Part shown: positions 37,363 through 38,633 of the stretch, piece after piece | Numbering within the stretch: position 1 is the first letter of the stretch | Layout of the letters: the number at the start of each line of letters is the position of its first letter | Sequence record: DRR378314_363 | Direction: 5' to 3' (one strand) | DNA: 38,633 bases | Program-made: the position numbers and the translations under genes | Notes under the pieces: generated by a model | The model's database searches: none | The model's input: the letters and a program-made list of their open reading frames with translations, nothing else | What the model was told of the DNA's origin: nothing

Positions 37363-38468
37363 TGGCCGCAAGCGCCATTCATTCGGCGGAGGATGCGCGA
37401 CGCCTTGCCCGCCGCAGGCTGCCGTGGATGGTGTTTGACTATATTGACGGCGCTGCAGGACAAGAAACGGGGGTGGCACGAAATCGTGCCGCCCTGGATG
37501 CAATCACGCTGCGCCCGCGCATTCTGCGCGATGTAAGTCAGCGATCGCTGACGTCGCAGATTTTTGGCCTTGATGCAGATCGGCCTTTTGGAATTGCGCC
37601 CATGGGGATGTGCAACCTTGCTGCCCCGGGTGCCGATATGATGATGGCGCGGTTGGCGGCGCGCTACCGAGTACCCCATGTCGTATCGACAGTGGCATCA
37701 ACCTCAATGGAGGAAATCATCGCCGAGGCGGAAGGTAATGCGTGGTTTCAGCTTTATTTCAGCGGAGACGGCACAGGTACCTTCAAGCTGGTCGAGCGGG
37801 CGAAATTCGCGGGCTATGATGTGTTGGTCCTGACCGTCGATGTGCCCGAAGTTGGCCGCCGCCCGCGCGAGTTGCGCCATGGATTCAAGATGCCGTTTCG
37901 GATCGGCCCGCGCCAGTTCATCGACTTTGCTTTGCACCCTCGGTGGTCCCTGAACACCTTGTTCAAAGGCAAGCCGGTGATGGCGAATTTCGAGATGGAG
38001 GGCTATGAATTCGATCGGACCGAAAGTCGTGCGCGTGCTACTTGGGATACGCTGGCACAGCTGCGCGATGCGTGGCCCGGCAAGCTGGTGGTAAAAGGCG
38101 TACTGGATGTTGAAGACGCCCGCGCGTTGATGTCAGCAGGTGTAGACGCAATACAAGTCTCTAGCCACGGCGCGCGGCAGCTTGAATCCGCCCCGGCACC
38201 CATTGAAATACTTGCAAAAATCCGCGCTGAGCTCGGGCCAGATTTCCCTATTTTTTTTGATAGCGGCATTCGATCGGGCGAAGATGTTCTCAAAGCTCTT
38301 TTGGTAGGGGCAGATTTCGTCTTTGTCGGAAGAATCCTGCAATACGCCATAGCGGCGGCTGGCGAGGCGGGTCTAAATCAACTCTGGGACGTTCTGAGCC
38401 AGGAGTTGAGTGCCGCCATGGCACAGACCGGGCAAACAACACTGAGCGGCGAAAGTTGGCGCAGGTAG
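37362..38468 (+). CDS. slcD: FMN-dependent alpha-hydroxy-acid dehydrogenase, probable sulfolactate dehydrogenase
   Basis: FDYIDGAAG, APMG, WFQLY, LTVD, VVKG, SSHGARQL, DSGIRSG; TGATG coupling to comE. Substrate call rests on context. Confidence 0.8.
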   Translation: MAASAIHSAEDARRLARRRLPWMVFDYIDGAAGQETGVARNRAALDAITLRPRILRDVSQRSLTSQIFGLDADRPFGIAPMGMCNLAAPGADMMMARLAARYRVPHVVSTVASTSMEEIIAEAEGNAWFQLYFSGDGTGTFKLVERAKFAGYDVLVLTVDVPEVGRRPRELRHGFKMPFRIGPRQFIDFALHPRWSLNTLFKGKPVMANFEMEGYEFDRTESRARATWDTLAQLRDAWPGKLVVKGVLDVEDARALMSAGVDAIQVSSHGARQLESAPAPIEILAKIRAELGPDFPIFFDSGIRSGEDVLKALLVGADFVFVGRILQYAIAAAGEAGLNQLWDVLSQELSAAMAQTGQTTLSGESWRR

Positions 38469-38603
38469 TGTAAGTCTCGTCTGGCAGGCGAGCGCGATTT
38501 TATGTGTATATAACAGCGTTCTGATTGTTGGCATGAAATATGAATGCCACCATTTGGGGTGATGCAGTTAAGGCTTTGCAATCGTACGGGAATTTGCTGG
38601 CAA

Positions 38604-38633
38604 TGGTAGCCCGTAGGGGAATCGAACCCCTCT
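38604..38633 (-). tRNA. 3' part of a tRNA, probably tRNA-Glu (truncated by the window edge)
   Basis: Minus strand reads AGAGGGG-TTCGATT-CCCCT-ACGGGCTA-CCA: T-arm, acceptor strand and encoded CCA. The anticodon is outside the window; Glu is assigned from recalled similarity. Confidence 0.85.

Noticed and set aside
1..38633. CRISPR array, IS element, prophage, toxin-antitoxin or defence system
   Set aside because: No regularly spaced repeats, transposase, integrase, phage or defence motifs were recognised in any ORF.

Overview
Chromosomal segment of a marine Rhodobacteraceae (Roseobacter group, probably Ruegeria-like; inferred from gene content and order). From 1 to 20 kb it is mostly core genes: 3' end of pccA, methylmalonyl-CoA mutase, VOC and GNAT genes, djlA, an EEP nuclease, an AI-2E/hdaA/ppx unit without the usual ppk1, a coupled FAD-oxidoreductase/2OG-Fe(II) oxygenase pair, proS, lolE/lolD, a cytochrome c with an FNR box, and a divergent Tag-like gene. 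From 21 to 28 kb there is a TmoXWV-like betaine-family ABC transporter preceded by a BetI-type palindrome, then nnrU, DUF2478 and an orphan GT39/ArnT-Rgt glycosyltransferase. From 28.3 to 38.5 kb there is a 2,3-dihydroxypropane-1-sulfonate (DHPS) catabolic cluster: LacI hpsR divergent from a small membrane ORF, hpsKLM-hpsNOP, a USP gene, comDE and slcD, with twin LacI operators. The cluster abuts the 3' end of a probable tRNA-Glu at the window edge. I saw no CRISPR array, integrase, transposase or prophage gene. All family calls come from motif recognition by eye; no searches were run.
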